A stretch of 64,000 nucleotides of DNA, taken from contig NZ_JAUSTE010000003.1 in assembly GCF_030812675.1 (NCBI RefSeq), positions 290,160 through 354,159 on the forward strand. The letters are read 5' to 3'. This stretch comes from Sinomonas atrocyanea (GTDB taxonomy: Bacteria > Actinomycetota > Actinomycetes > Actinomycetales > Micrococcaceae). A model generated the notes under the pieces. That model did not search any database, was not told the DNA's origin, and worked only from the letters and a program-made list of their open reading frames with translations. The translations under genes were made by a program, and so were the position numbers. Below, piece by piece: positions 26,360 to 36,422 of this stretch; position 1 is the stretch's first letter, and each line of letters opens with the position of its first letter.

Positions 26360-27706
26360 TCAGAGCGCGGGCATCCGCAGTGCGAACGCCGCGCCGCCCT
26401 CCGGGGCATGGCCGGCGGCGAGCTCGGCCCCGAGCCGGGAGGCGAGTCGCGAGGCGATGGAGAGGCCGAGCCCGGTGCCCACCCTACGCTCGCCGGCGTA
26501 CCTGTCGCGGAGCGCGCCGCGGTCGAAGGCCCTGCCCACGTCCTCCTCGCTCAGCCCGGGACCGCCGTCCCGCACCTCGAGCACCACGGCGCCGGGCTCC
26601 CGGCGTCCGGCCAGCACCACCGGGGCGCCGGCGGGCGCGGCGCGCAGGGCGTTCTCGACCAGGCCGTCCAGAAGCTGCCGGAGCCTCCTCGCGTCGGTGT
26701 CGACGCGGAGCGAGCCGGCTGCCTCGGCCCGCATCGCGATCCCCGCGGGCTCCCACACGCCGCGCCACGCCTCGACGACGGCGGGCAGCAGCTCCGCGGC
26801 GTCGACCTCGTGGACGTCGATGCGGAAGTCGTCCGCTTCGAGGCGGGCGAGCTCGAGCAGGTCCCGGACAAAGTGGTCCAGCCGTTCGGTCTCCGCGGAG
26901 AGGGTCCTGCCCACCCGCGGGACCTCCTCGGCCGGGATGACTCCGTCGGCGAGCGCCTCCGCGTACCCCTGGAGGGCCGTGAGGGGGGTACGCATCTCGT
27001 GCGAGACCGAGAGCAGGAATTCGCGCTGGCGTGCCTCGCTCGTCGCGAGCGATCCGTCGAGGGCCGCCAGTGCGCGGGAGACCTGGTCGATCTCAGCCGG
27101 CCCGCCGCCGTCGACCGCGACCCCCCGCTCGCCCCCCGCCAGCCGCCGCGCGGCGGAGGCCAGGCGGGTGAGCGGCGTCGCGACCCAGCGGGCCACGAGA
27201 GCCCCGCCGAGCACTGCGCACACGAACCCCAGGACGAGGGCCCAGGCGAGGCGTGCCACGAGCGGGCCGGCGGCCTGCGTCACGGCGGAGACCGGCTCGG
27301 CGAGGACCAGTCCGCCGCCGGCCGCGATGGGCCGGGCCTCGACGACCACGGGGGTCCCAGCGACGATCTCGGTCTGCGACACCGCCCGGCCGGCCCGGAC
27401 CTTCGCCGCGGCGTCGGCACTGACGAGGCGCCGCCCCGCGCCGGTGACGGTGCCGTCCGGCTGGATGAGCGCGATCCGGCCGGCCTCTCCGAACGCGAGC
27501 TCGCGCAGGGAGGCCAAGTCGGTCACGCTGCCCGAGGCGCTGAGGGCGGTGGCCTCCCGGGCCAGGCTCGAGCGCGCCTGGTCGACGGCCGCGGACCGGA
27601 TCAGCTGGGCCCCGACGAGGCCCGCGACGAGCGTTGCGGCGGCGGCGACGGCGGCCATGACCACGGTGACCCGGAAGTGCAGGGACCCGAACCAGCCCCT
27701 CACGGG
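26360..27706 (-). CDS. two-component sensor histidine kinase
   Basis: HAMP region plus LSVSHEMRTPLTAL H-box and [10 protein letters not shown]-box. GTG start at 27706. Confidence 0.75.
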   Translation of the reverse strand, partial: PVRGWFGSLHFRVTVVMAAVAAAATLVAGLVGAQLIRSAAVDQARSSLAREATALSASGSVTDLASLRELAFGEAGRIALIQPDGTVTGAGRRLVSADAAAKVRAGRAVSQTEIVAGTPVVVEARPIAAGGGLVLAEPVSAVTQAAGPLVARLAWALVLGFVCAVLGGALVARWVATPLTRLASAARRLAGGERGVAVDGGGPAEIDQVSRALAALDGSLATSEARQREFLLSVSHEMRTPLTALQGYAEALADGVIPAEEVPRVGRTLSAETERLDHFVRDLLELARLEADDFRIDVHEVDAAELLPAVVEAWRGVWEPAGIAMRAEAAGSLRVDTDARRLRQLLDGLVENALRAAPAGAPVVLAGRREPGAVVLEVRDGGPGLSEEDVGRAFDRGALRDRYAGERRVGTGLGLSIASRLASRLGAELAAGHAPEGGAAFALRMPAL

Positions 27707-28413
27707 CGCCGGTCCGGGTCGTCCGAGACGCTGTAGCCCACCCCGCGGGTCGTCCGGAGGGGACTCGCTGCGCCGAGCTTGGCGCGGAGCTGGGCCACGT
27801 GCACATCGACGGTCCGGCCGCCGCCGTAGTCCGCCTGGCCCCACACGGCCGCGAGGAGCTGCTCGCGGCTGAAGACGCGCCCGGGTTCGCACATGAGATG
27901 GGCGAGGAGATCGAATTCCATCGCCGTCAGGGAGAGGGGCCGGCCGTCCGCCTCGGCCGTGCGCCGCTCGAGGTCGAGCAGGACTGTCCCTACCCCCAGC
28001 ACGCGCGGCGGCCGAGGGCCGGCCGCCCTCCGCAGCAGGCTCTTCACCCGCGCCACGAGCTCGCGCGGGGAGAACGGCTTGGTGAGGTAGTCGTCGGCCC
28101 CGAGCTCGAGGCCGAGCACCCGGTCCACCTCGTCATCGCGCGCGGTCACGAAGATCACCGGCGTCCAGTCGCCGGCCTCCCGCAGCCGCCGGCACACCTC
28201 GACCCCGTCGAGCCCCGGCAGCCCGACGTCGAGCACGATCGCCACCGGCCGCAGCTGCCGGACCCGCGCGAGCGCCGCCCCGCCGTCGCGCTCGACGTGC
28301 ACCCCATAGCCGGCGCGGCTGAGGTAGAGGCGCTCGAGGTCGGCGATCGCGTGCTCGTCCTCGACCACGAGGACCAGCCCCCGTCCCTCGCCGGTGCTGC
28401 CGCTGCGATCTTC
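27700..28413 (-). CDS. OmpR-family response regulator
   Basis: Receiver domain LVLVVEDEHAIADL...LDVGLPGLDG...DDYLTKPF plus winged helix RTVDVHVAQLRAKL. It lies immediately upstream of the kinase. Confidence 0.8.
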   Translation of the reverse strand, partial: EDRSGSTGEGRGLVLVVEDEHAIADLERLYLSRAGYGVHVERDGGAALARVRQLRPVAIVLDVGLPGLDGVEVCRRLREAGDWTPVIFVTARDDEVDRVLGLELGADDYLTKPFSPRELVARVKSLLRRAAGPRPPRVLGVGTVLLDLERRTAEADGRPLSLTAMEFDLLAHLMCEPGRVFSREQLLAAVWGQADYGGGRTVDVHVAQLRAKLGAASPLRTTRGVGYSVSDDPDRRP

Positions 28414-28586
28414 CACAGGTTCATTCAAACGCACGACGGCGCGTGGCGGCCGCCGCTGGGCGCCGACTTTACATTCCCCGAACATCCGCCGAACACCCCG
28501 CTTGCCTGGGTTCGCCATGCTGGGCAGCGGATCGGCGGACAGGTCCGATCCGGGCCGCCACCGACCGCGCTCCGAAAGGCACCATC

Positions 28587-29318
28587 ATGTTCCCCCAGCC
28601 AGACCCCGCCACCTTCCCGCGGCGCCCCCGCCGACGCTGGGCCACCGGCGCCGCCTCCGCGCTCGCCGCCGTGCTCCTTGCGGGCGGCGGCACGGCCGTC
28701 GCACTCCAGGCCCACAGCACCCCGGTCCCGGCCGCGCAGGCACCACAGCCGCAGGCGGACGAGTCGCTGGCGGGCCTGACCTCGCTCGACGGCCTCGGCG
28801 CGGACGTCGCTGCGGCGGACTCTGGAGCTGCTGCCGTCCAGGACGCATCGCTCCTCCAGCCGGCAGTCCCCGCGGCGGCGGGTGCAGCGCCGTCGCCGAG
28901 CGCGGCTGCCTCCTCCGCGAAGCATCCGGCGAGGGCCGCGCTCCGGCGCGTGCTCGCCGTCGTGATCCGCCAGGACGGGAGCGCCCAGTACGGCCAGCAT
29001 GCCCAGGCCGTGGCCCGGGCCGCCGCCAACCGCTTCCCGGCGGCCTTCCGGCACCTCCCCGCGAAGCTCCGCGATGACCTGTGGACCCTGGCGGGGGCCG
29101 CGCCCGGGCAGGAGGTCGCCGATGCGCAGGCCATCAAGGCGCACGCGCTCGACGGGACCTACGGCGCCGGCGTCAAGAAGCTCGCCGAGGCGATCCAGAA
29201 GGCCCCGGCGAAGCCGAAGAGTTCCTCCTCGCCATCGGCTCCTGTCTCGCCCTCGCCGTCGGCTCCCGCGCCGTCGGCTCCGGCCTCCCCGTCGCCGTCT
29301 CCCAGCGCCGGGAGCTGA
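28587..29318 (+). CDS. secreted hypothetical protein with a Ser/Pro/Ala-rich C-terminus
   Basis: N-terminal RRPRRRWATGAASALAAVLLAGGGTAVALQA looks like a Tat/Sec-type signal. The C-terminal tail is SPSAPVSPSPSAPAPSAPASPSPSPS. Confidence 0.45.
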   Translation: MFPQPDPATFPRRPRRRWATGAASALAAVLLAGGGTAVALQAHSTPVPAAQAPQPQADESLAGLTSLDGLGADVAAADSGAAAVQDASLLQPAVPAAAGAAPSPSAAASSAKHPARAALRRVLAVVIRQDGSAQYGQHAQAVARAAANRFPAAFRHLPAKLRDDLWTLAGAAPGQEVADAQAIKAHALDGTYGAGVKKLAEAIQKAPAKPKSSSSPSAPVSPSPSAPAPSAPASPSPSPSAGS

Positions 29319-29333
29319 GCGGCCTCCCGGGCG

Positions 29334-30500
29334 TCAGGCTGGCTGCCAGTGCACCGGCAGCTGTCGGGGCCCGAAGATGATCGTGCTGTCGATGCGCTCC
29401 AGGGGCGCGCCCGGCGCGAGGGACAGGCCCGGCAGGCGGGCCAGGAGGGCGGAGAGGGCGACGCGGGCCTCGAGCCGGGCCAGGGGCGCCCCGAGGCAGA
29501 AGTGGATGCCCTGCCCGAAGGCGAGGTGCCGGTTCGGGTGCCGCTCGAGGGTGAAGGCGTCCGGATCCGGGAACTGCCGGCCGTCGCGGTTCGCCGAGCC
29601 GATCCAGGCCGCCAGCCGGGACCCGGCGGGGATTGCGGTGCCGCCCACCACGGTGTCCTGGGTGGTGACCCGGAACATGGACTGGACGGGCGAGCGGAAG
29701 CGGAGCACCTCCTCGATCGCCGAGGGCAGGGCTCCGCTCTCGGCCCGGAGCCGGTCGATCGTGCCCGGCCACTCCGCGAACGTCAGCACGGCGTTGCCGA
29801 GGAGGTTGGTGGTCGTCTCGTTGCCGGCCACCAGCAGCAGGGCGCAGAAGCCCAACAGCTCCATCACGCTCAGGTGCTCGCCGTCGACCTGCGCGGCGAG
29901 CAGCCGGCTGATGAGGTCCTCTCCCGGATCGCGCCGCCGTCGTTCGATCATGGCAAAGAAGTACTCGGCCATCTCCTGCTGCGCCGCCGTCCGGCCGGGG
30001 CTGTCCTCGTAGTCGCGGACCTGGCTCACCACGGTGTCCGACCACCGCTTGAAGCGGTCGCGATCCTCGGCGGGGATGCCCATGAGCTCCGCGATGACGA
30101 TCACGGGCAGCGGATAGGCGAAGTCGTCGATGAGGTCCATGGAGCCCGTGGCGCCCACCCGGTCGAGGAGCTCCTCGACGATCTCGGAGATGCGCGGTTC
30201 CAGGGCGGCCACCGCCCGCGGTGTGAACGCCTCGGAGACCAGGGACCTGAGCTGGCGGTGCCTCGGAGGGTCCGTGCTGATGAGGCTCGAGGCGAAGAGG
30301 TGGTCCTGGTCCGGCTCTCGGCCTCCCCGCATCCTGGAGGAGAAGACGGCGTGCTCGGAGAGCGCCCGCTGGACGTCGTCGTACCGGAAGAGGTGCCAGA
30401 CACCCTGTGCGGCGTCGAACAGCACGGGGGAGTCCTCCCGGAGCTCCCGGTAGAGCGGGAAGGGGTCGAAACGTGCCGGCAGTTCGGACACGAGGCTCAT
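29334..30500 (-). CDS. cytochrome P450
   Basis: Heme-binding loop FGQGIHFCLGAPLAR, ExxR motif EEVLRFRSP and I-helix AGNETTTN. The start has a GGAGGA RBS. Confidence 0.85.
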   Translation of the reverse strand: MSLVSELPARFDPFPLYRELREDSPVLFDAAQGVWHLFRYDDVQRALSEHAVFSSRMRGGREPDQDHLFASSLISTDPPRHRQLRSLVSEAFTPRAVAALEPRISEIVEELLDRVGATGSMDLIDDFAYPLPVIVIAELMGIPAEDRDRFKRWSDTVVSQVRDYEDSPGRTAAQQEMAEYFFAMIERRRRDPGEDLISRLLAAQVDGEHLSVMELLGFCALLLVAGNETTTNLLGNAVLTFAEWPGTIDRLRAESGALPSAIEEVLRFRSPVQSMFRVTTQDTVVGGTAIPAGSRLAAWIGSANRDGRQFPDPDAFTLERHPNRHLAFGQGIHFCLGAPLARLEARVALSALLARLPGLSLAPGAPLERIDSTIIFGPRQLPVHWQPA

Positions 30501-31585
30501 GGTTCCTCCAGGGCATCGGGGCGACGGTGCACGAGGAGCGCAGCGATCGCCAGCGTTTCGAGGGCGGTCCAGACGAGGATTCCGGCCCAGATCTCCGGGG
30601 AGAAGCTGAGCCGACCGTCCGCGGAGGCCACTGCCGCGAAGTAGGGGCCCCAGAAGAGCGGGGGCGCGAGGGCCGCCGCGGCGCGCAGGCGGACGCGCCG
30701 GTCCGGACGTGGCCTCAGGACGAGCCACGTGAGGCAGACCAGGGCCGCACCCACGGCCGCCGCGAGGACAAGCCGCGCGTCGCGGAACGCGACCATGGCC
30801 TGCAGGGCCACCGACGGCACGAAGGTCAGCAGCGCCGGCACGAGGGCCGGGAGCCGCCACCGGGACGCCGCCAGCAGGATGGGGACGAAGAGCGCGGCCG
30901 TTGAGACGAGGAACGAGCCCAGGGCCACGATGGTGCTCGCCGACGTTGCCGGCAGGACGGGCCTGACCCCGCCGACGGGCGGCCCGTAGGTCTGGATGAG
31001 CCCGTGGCGCGCGAAGACCGCGAATTCCTGGAGGATGAAGATGGCGACCATGCCGCACAGGGCGGCGCTGACGAGGGCCGTGGTGAGCCGGGCCGGCGTC
31101 GTCCGTCCGGGCGGCGCGGCAGTGGCGGCAGCAAACGGTGCGCCCAGGATGAGGAAGCCGCCCGTGGCCAGCCCGAGATGGGAGGGGCTGAAGAGCGCCT
31201 TGATGTCCTGCTCGATGCCGAACACCGAATGCCACGCGAGATCCGCCACCCCGGAGACGAGGAAGAGGACGACGCCGATGGCGGCCCCTCCGTAGCCGGC
31301 GGGGACGGCGTCCATCCACCGGCTCCCCCGACGGCGGCGGCGCCACACGAGGAAGCCGATCCACACCGCGTTCGCTGCGAAGCCCGAATACAGGACCGCG
31401 TGCCACGGCGTGAAGAACGTCTCGAGGTGCGCCAGGTTGTTGTGGGCCCATCCGTCGACGTAGGTCCCGGTCAGGAGCCACAGCCCGGCCACGAGGGACA
31501 GGGTGTCCTCGGCTGCCGTGGTGGCCCGGCGCGCCGGGACTGGGGCTCCGGGGAGGGCAGGGGCTGACGTCATGTCCATCGGCAC
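30497..31585 (-). CDS. polytopic integral membrane protein of unknown function, translationally coupled to the P450
   Basis: 362 aa and highly hydrophobic. Its stop overlaps the P450 start (ATGA). Confidence 0.5.
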   Translation of the reverse strand: MPMDMTSAPALPGAPVPARRATTAAEDTLSLVAGLWLLTGTYVDGWAHNNLAHLETFFTPWHAVLYSGFAANAVWIGFLVWRRRRRGSRWMDAVPAGYGGAAIGVVLFLVSGVADLAWHSVFGIEQDIKALFSPSHLGLATGGFLILGAPFAAATAAPPGRTTPARLTTALVSAALCGMVAIFILQEFAVFARHGLIQTYGPPVGGVRPVLPATSASTIVALGSFLVSTAALFVPILLAASRWRLPALVPALLTFVPSVALQAMVAFRDARLVLAAAVGAALVCLTWLVLRPRPDRRVRLRAAAALAPPLFWGPYFAAVASADGRLSFSPEIWAGILVWTALETLAIAALLVHRRPDALEEP

Positions 31586-31588
31586 GCC

Positions 31589-32413
31589 TCACGCGGCCTT
31601 GACGGGGGACTTCGCATCGCCGGGGGCCACGGTCGAGGCGGCCTGGTTCTCCCGGGCGATGAAGGCCGACAGCTCTCCGATCATGCTCATCAGCGGGGCG
31701 GGGAAGACCACCGTGGTGTTCTTGTCGACCCCGATCTCCACGAGGCTCTGGAGGTTGCGCAGCTGCAGGGCGAGCGGGTGGGCCATCATCGTGTCGGAGG
31801 CCTGGCCCAGGGCTGTGGCTGAGATCGCCTCCCCCTCCGCGGCGATGATCTTGGCCCTCTTCTCCCGTTCGGCCTCGGCCTGCCGCGCCATGGCCCGCTT
31901 CATGCTCTCGGGCAGCTGGATGTCCTTCAATTCCACGAGGGTGACCTCGACGCCCCAATCGGTGGTCAGGACGTCGAGGATCTGGCGGATGTCGGCGTTG
32001 ATGCGGCCGGTCTCCGAGAGCGTCTGGTCCAGCGTGTGCTGGCCCACCACCTTGCGGAGGGTGGTCTGGGCGATCTGGTCGATGGCGGCGGCCACGTTCT
32101 CGATGGCGACGACGGACTTCACGGCGTCCACCACCCGGTAGTAGGCGACGGCCGAGACGTCGACGCTGACGTTGTCCTGGGTGATGATGCCCTGCGACTG
32201 GATCGGCATGGTCACGATCCTCAGGCTCACCAGGGGCAGGCGGTCGACGACCGGGATGATGAACCGGAGCCCGGGCAGCCGCACCCCGACGACCCTGCCG
32301 AGGCGGAACAGGACCCCCTGTTCGTACTGCCGGACGATCCGGACCGACATCCTCGCCGCGACGAGGACCACCACGATGACGATGATGAGGACGGTCAGGG
32401 AGACGGCGTCCAT
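31589..32413 (-). CDS. SPFH/band-7 (stomatin/prohibitin-like) protein
   Basis: N-terminal TM, then IVRQYEQGVLFRLGRVVGV...AVAYYRVVDAVKSVVAIEN...RAMARQAEAEREKRAKIIAAEGE. Confidence 0.8.
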   Translation of the reverse strand: MDAVSLTVLIIVIVVVLVAARMSVRIVRQYEQGVLFRLGRVVGVRLPGLRFIIPVVDRLPLVSLRIVTMPIQSQGIITQDNVSVDVSAVAYYRVVDAVKSVVAIENVAAAIDQIAQTTLRKVVGQHTLDQTLSETGRINADIRQILDVLTTDWGVEVTLVELKDIQLPESMKRAMARQAEAEREKRAKIIAAEGEAISATALGQASDTMMAHPLALQLRNLQSLVEIGVDKNTTVVFPAPLMSMIGELSAFIARENQAASTVAPGDAKSPVKAA

Positions 32414-32613
32414 CGCGATCCCTCCTTGGAGCGCGGACCGCAGGAGGTTCCCCGTCGGGCAGCGCAACGGTCCTGGCGTCCATCTTCCCCGCGGCCGGCC
32501 GGAAGGGTTAGGGGCGGACGGCCCTCGAGCACGCAAGACGTCGGCCCCGGCCTGCCCACCGTTACGGCGCGCCGACGCCGGGCTCCGCCGCGCACGGCTT
32601 ACATATGGAGGGC

Positions 32614-33271
32614 TATGAATGCTCTCCGCCTCCTTGCCTCCGCGTCGTCCGTCGCCGCCCTCCTGACCGCAACCACCGCCTGTTCCGCCGCCTCCATCGG
32701 GACCGCCATCGACGCCGGCGGCCACGCCGCCCCGGCGTCGGCCCAGCCGTCGGAGCCCGCCGGCCAGGGGCAGATCAAGGAGGTCCACTCACCCTCCCAG
32801 GTCGCCCTCGACGAGCAGCTGGCGCCCGGCCACTGCCAGGCGCGGGCGGTCGATGCGACTGCGGGGAAGTACCTGCCCGACCCGGCCTGCACGCCGGGCG
32901 CGGTGGACCCGGCGGTCACGCAGGCCACGATCGACTCGACCATCTGCAAGGCGGGCTACACCGCTGCCGTGAGGCCGTCGTCGGCGGCCACCGCGAAGGT
33001 GAAGGCCGAGAGCCTGCGGGAGTACGGCGAGAGCGCGTCCCCCACGACGGAGTATGACCATCTGGTCAGCCTCGAGCTCGGAGGCTCGAACTCCGTCTCC
33101 AACCTCTGGCCCGAACCCAACAGGCCCGGCGCCGCCGGCACGACCAACCCCAAGGACGCCGTGGAGAACACGCTGCACCGAGCCGTCTGCGCGCACACGG
33201 TCCGGCTCGCGGCCGCCCAGACCGCCATCGCGCACGACTGGACCACTGCCCTCCACGTCCTCGGCCTCTGA
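32614..33271 (+). CDS. secreted/lipoprotein HNH (His-Me finger)-type nuclease
   Basis: Signal peptide with LLTATTAC, then EYDHLVSLELGGSNSVSNLWPE as an HNH core, and paired Cys residues. GGAGGG RBS. Confidence 0.5.
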
Positions 33272-33318
33272 CCCCCGGACCCAGCTGGCCCCAAGGTCGG
33301 CCTGACTAGGATTGCGGA

Positions 33319-34286
33319 ATGGTTCGTACCCGCCTGTACCGCGACGGCAAGGTCGAGCGCGAGGACCTCGCACTCGAGGAGATCGAAGGGCTCCTCGGCG
33401 AGGATGGCGCGACGGTCTGGATCGACTACGAGTCGCCCAGCGATGACGACCTCGGCGCTATGGAGACGATCCTCGGACTCCACCGCCTCGCCGTCGAGGA
33501 CGCGCTCCATGACCACCAGCGTCCCAAGCTCGACCGCTACCGCACGCACCTGTTCCTGGCCGCCTATGAGGCCTCGCTCGCACCCGAGGGCAGTGACCTG
33601 GCCGTGAACGAGGTCAAGGCGTTCATCACCCGGCGTGCCCTCGTGACCGTGCACGGGCCGGGCTTCTCGCCCGAGCAGCTCATGGAGCGCTGGGACCGGG
33701 AAACTGACGTCGCGGGCCACGGGGTGGCCTTCCTGCTCTGGGGCTCATCGACCTGCTCGTCGACGGCCATTTCGACGTCGTCCAGGAGCTTGACGAGCGC
33801 ATCGAGGACCTCGAGGACGCGCTCTTCGACGACCATTCCTCGGACCACGACCTGCAGCGGCGCTCGTTCGAGCTCCGCAAGGCCCTCGTGCGGCTCCGCA
33901 GGGTCGTCCTCCCGATGCGCGAGGTCCTCAACACGGTCCTGCGCCGGGACCTCGAGATCGCAGACCCGGCAATGCAGCCGTTCTTCCAGGACGTCTACGA
34001 CCACGTCCTGCGGGCCTCCGACTGGACCGAGTCGCTGCGGGACATGGTCAGCAGCATCCTCGAGACCCACATCAGCATCCAGGGCAACCGGATGAACCTC
34101 GTCATGAAGAAGCTCACGAGCTGGGCCGCGATCATCGCTGTCCCCACCGCCGTCACCGGGTTCTTCGGGCAGAACGTGCCCTTCCTCGGATTCCAGAGCA
34201 CCCTCGGGCTCGTCCTGTCGCTGAGCATGATCGTCGGCGGCGGCGTCGGGCTGTACATCCTCTTCCGCCGCAAGGAATGGATCTGA
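33319..34286 (+). pseudogene. corA: CorA-family Mg2+/Co2+ transporter disrupted by a 1-nt frameshift near 33739
   Basis: N-terminal 140 aa in frame 1 (HRLAVEDALHDHQRPKLDRYRTHLFL...GHGVAFLL). The family-typical continuation GLIDLLVDGHFDVVQELDERIEDLED...GFFGQNVPF plus TM helices reads in frame 3, which opens after a TGA at 33705-33707. Confidence 0.6.
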
Positions 34287-34948
34287 TCGTGGACGAACGC
34301 CAGACTGCCACCACCCGCTCCTCGACGGTCGAGGCCTGGACCGACGCCCTCGCGCAGTCGACCGGCTCGCCCGGCGGCGGTGCCGGAACCGGCGTCATGC
34401 TCGCGGTCGCGGCCTCCCTGACGTCCATGGTCGCCGGCTACACCGAAGCGGACGGGCCGCGCCGCGCTGAAGTGGACGGCCTGCGGGAGAGGGCGCAGTC
34501 CCTCCGCGGGACCGCCCTCCGGCTGGCCGACGAGGATGCCGCGGCCTCGCGCGCCTTCGGCGCTGCCTTCCGCATGAAGCCGGGTCCCCAGCGGGACGAG
34601 GCCATCCACCGGGCGTGCGTCGACGCCGCCAAGGCGTCCGCCGTCCTCGGCGAGCACGCCGTCGGGGCGATCGATGACCTGGCGTGGCTGGCGGCCAACG
34701 GCAACCGCGCCCTCATCGCCGACGTCGTGGTCGCCTTCGGCGCGCTCCGGGCCGCCGTGGCCGGTGCCCGCACGAATGTCAGCTTCGATCTGGCATCGCT
34801 GCGGTCGGCCGGGAAGAGCCTCGAGGAGGTCCGGGACCTGCACCCGGATCTGTGGGAGAGCGTCGAACAGCTTGAGCGCGCGATCGCCCGCATCGACAGC
34901 CTGACCGCCGACGTCGACGGGCGCGCGGCCCCCACGGGCACCGTCTGA
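34277..34948 (+). CDS. cyclodeaminase/cyclohydrolase (FTCD C-terminal domain-like) family protein
   Basis: GSPGGGAGTGVMLAVAASLTSMVAGYT is the Gly-rich helix typical of formiminotransferase-cyclodeaminase-like proteins. Confidence 0.5.
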   Translation: MDLIVDERQTATTRSSTVEAWTDALAQSTGSPGGGAGTGVMLAVAASLTSMVAGYTEADGPRRAEVDGLRERAQSLRGTALRLADEDAAASRAFGAAFRMKPGPQRDEAIHRACVDAAKASAVLGEHAVGAIDDLAWLAANGNRALIADVVVAFGALRAAVAGARTNVSFDLASLRSAGKSLEEVRDLHPDLWESVEQLERAIARIDSLTADVDGRAAPTGTV

Positions 34949-35014
34949 CCGTCCGCGGAGCACTCCCTGGCCGCGCCGTTGCCACGGTGACGGCCGCGGA
35001 CGTACCGTGACGGA

Positions 35015-35413
35015 GTGACCGACCTGGAGGACTTCCTCACCTGGGTCAGGACCACCCTGCGTGACGCGGAGGTGGCCCTGCACAACGGCGACGCCGGTCC
35101 CCGCAGGGCCATCTGGGCCAGCGATGAGCCCGTCAGCATCCTGGGCGCATGGCGGAACGCGTACGGACACCGCGAGGTCGAGGAGGTGTTCGGCTTCCTC
35201 GAGCAGAGCTTCTCGGACTGCACGGCCTACGAATTCGAGCTCCAGGTGTACGACGTGGTGGGAGACGCGGCCTACACCGTGGGGCTGGAGCACACTTCAG
35301 TGTCGGTCGACGGAGAGCCGCGCACCTACACGCTGCGCGCGACCCAGGTCTACCGGCGCGAGGGCGGAGTCTGGAAGGTCGCCCACCGCCACGCGGACAC
35401 GGTGACGGACTAG
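35015..35413 (+). CDS. SnoaL/NTF2-like (DUF4440-type) protein
   Basis: 132 aa, with W...FEQSF...YEFEL...VVGDAAYTV...YRREGGVWKVAHRHAD typical of the NTF2 fold. Confidence 0.45.
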   Translation: MTDLEDFLTWVRTTLRDAEVALHNGDAGPRRAIWASDEPVSILGAWRNAYGHREVEEVFGFLEQSFSDCTAYEFELQVYDVVGDAAYTVGLEHTSVSVDGEPRTYTLRATQVYRREGGVWKVAHRHADTVTD

Positions 35414-35471
35414 CGCTGCCCGAGAACCGGCGCCCCTGATGGGGTCGGGCAGCAACGCCCCCGCCGGTGGG

Positions 35472-35948
35472 TCAGGAGGCTGGCGCGACGGGGCCGTCCG
35501 CGCCGGGGAGGGGGAGGGGCTCCCCGTGCACCGTGACGATCTTGCCGGTCCGCTCGGCAAGGAGTTCGAGGAGCTCGACCGGGGCGGAGGCACTGGCCAG
35601 CGCAGCGGCGCGCGCGACGTCGTCGGGGACGTGCTCAGCAGCGAGCACCACCCGGTGGGCCACCGGCAGGCGGTTGCGTTCCGTCGTCCAGAGGTCGAGC
35701 GCCCGGGCGAGCTGGTCGGTGTCGGCGTCGCCAGCCTGCACCTCCACGATCAGACGCGTCCCGTCGGCCGGGTCGAAGAGGATGACGGCGAACTGCTCGG
35801 GGCCGCTGCGGGGGACGGCGCGTTCGAAGCGGGGCATGCCGTCGGTGAGGTCGAGGAGGACCGGGCTTTCTTCGATGCGGGCGGCGAGCCACGCGGCGTC
35901 GAGGCCGAGCGCGTGGAGGGCCGAGCTGCGGTGCTGGGGCGTGCTCAC
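35472..35948 (-). CDS. hypothetical protein, possible PD-(D/E)xK-like motif
   Basis: FAVILFDPADGTRLIVEVQAGD fits a D...EVQ pattern that recalls Rpn/PD-(D/E)xK nuclease families; the assignment is speculative. Confidence 0.3.
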   Translation of the reverse strand: MSTPQHRSSALHALGLDAAWLAARIEESPVLLDLTDGMPRFERAVPRSGPEQFAVILFDPADGTRLIVEVQAGDADTDQLARALDLWTTERNRLPVAHRVVLAAEHVPDDVARAAALASASAPVELLELLAERTGKIVTVHGEPLPLPGADGPVAPAS

Positions 35949-36422
35949 GCCCGGATCCTATGTGCGCAGCGAGGACGCGCGCGGGAGCCGGGGCCGGTGC
36001 GCGGTGAACAGAGAGCCCGCAACCGGCTGCGGCGTTTCACTGGGGGAGGTGCCGGGTAGGAGTGCGGTTGAGCTTCCTCTCCCGATCAAGGATCCTCATC
36101 GCGGATTGGTAATCCGCACCCCGTGGAGGGGCCCCGGCAGCTGGGGCCCCTCCATTTCTGTGCCGGGAGCTGTCCGGGGGCGCCCGTCCGGGCTACTGCA
36201 GGACGGCGGGCGTTTCGAGCCCGGTGCGTTCGCGGGGGCAGCCCTGTCGCGGGCGGGTCCGCTCTGGTAGAACGGTGGCAGCGTGCGACGTCCGACCCCT
36301 GCTGTGTCGATCGCGTGCGTGCGCCGGGGGGCGTCCGACTGGCGCCCGGCCCATCAGGGCCATTGGCCGGTCGGGCGCCTTCTGGGCGCACGGGCGCCGG
36401 CGTCGCCAGGCACCGGTCGCCC

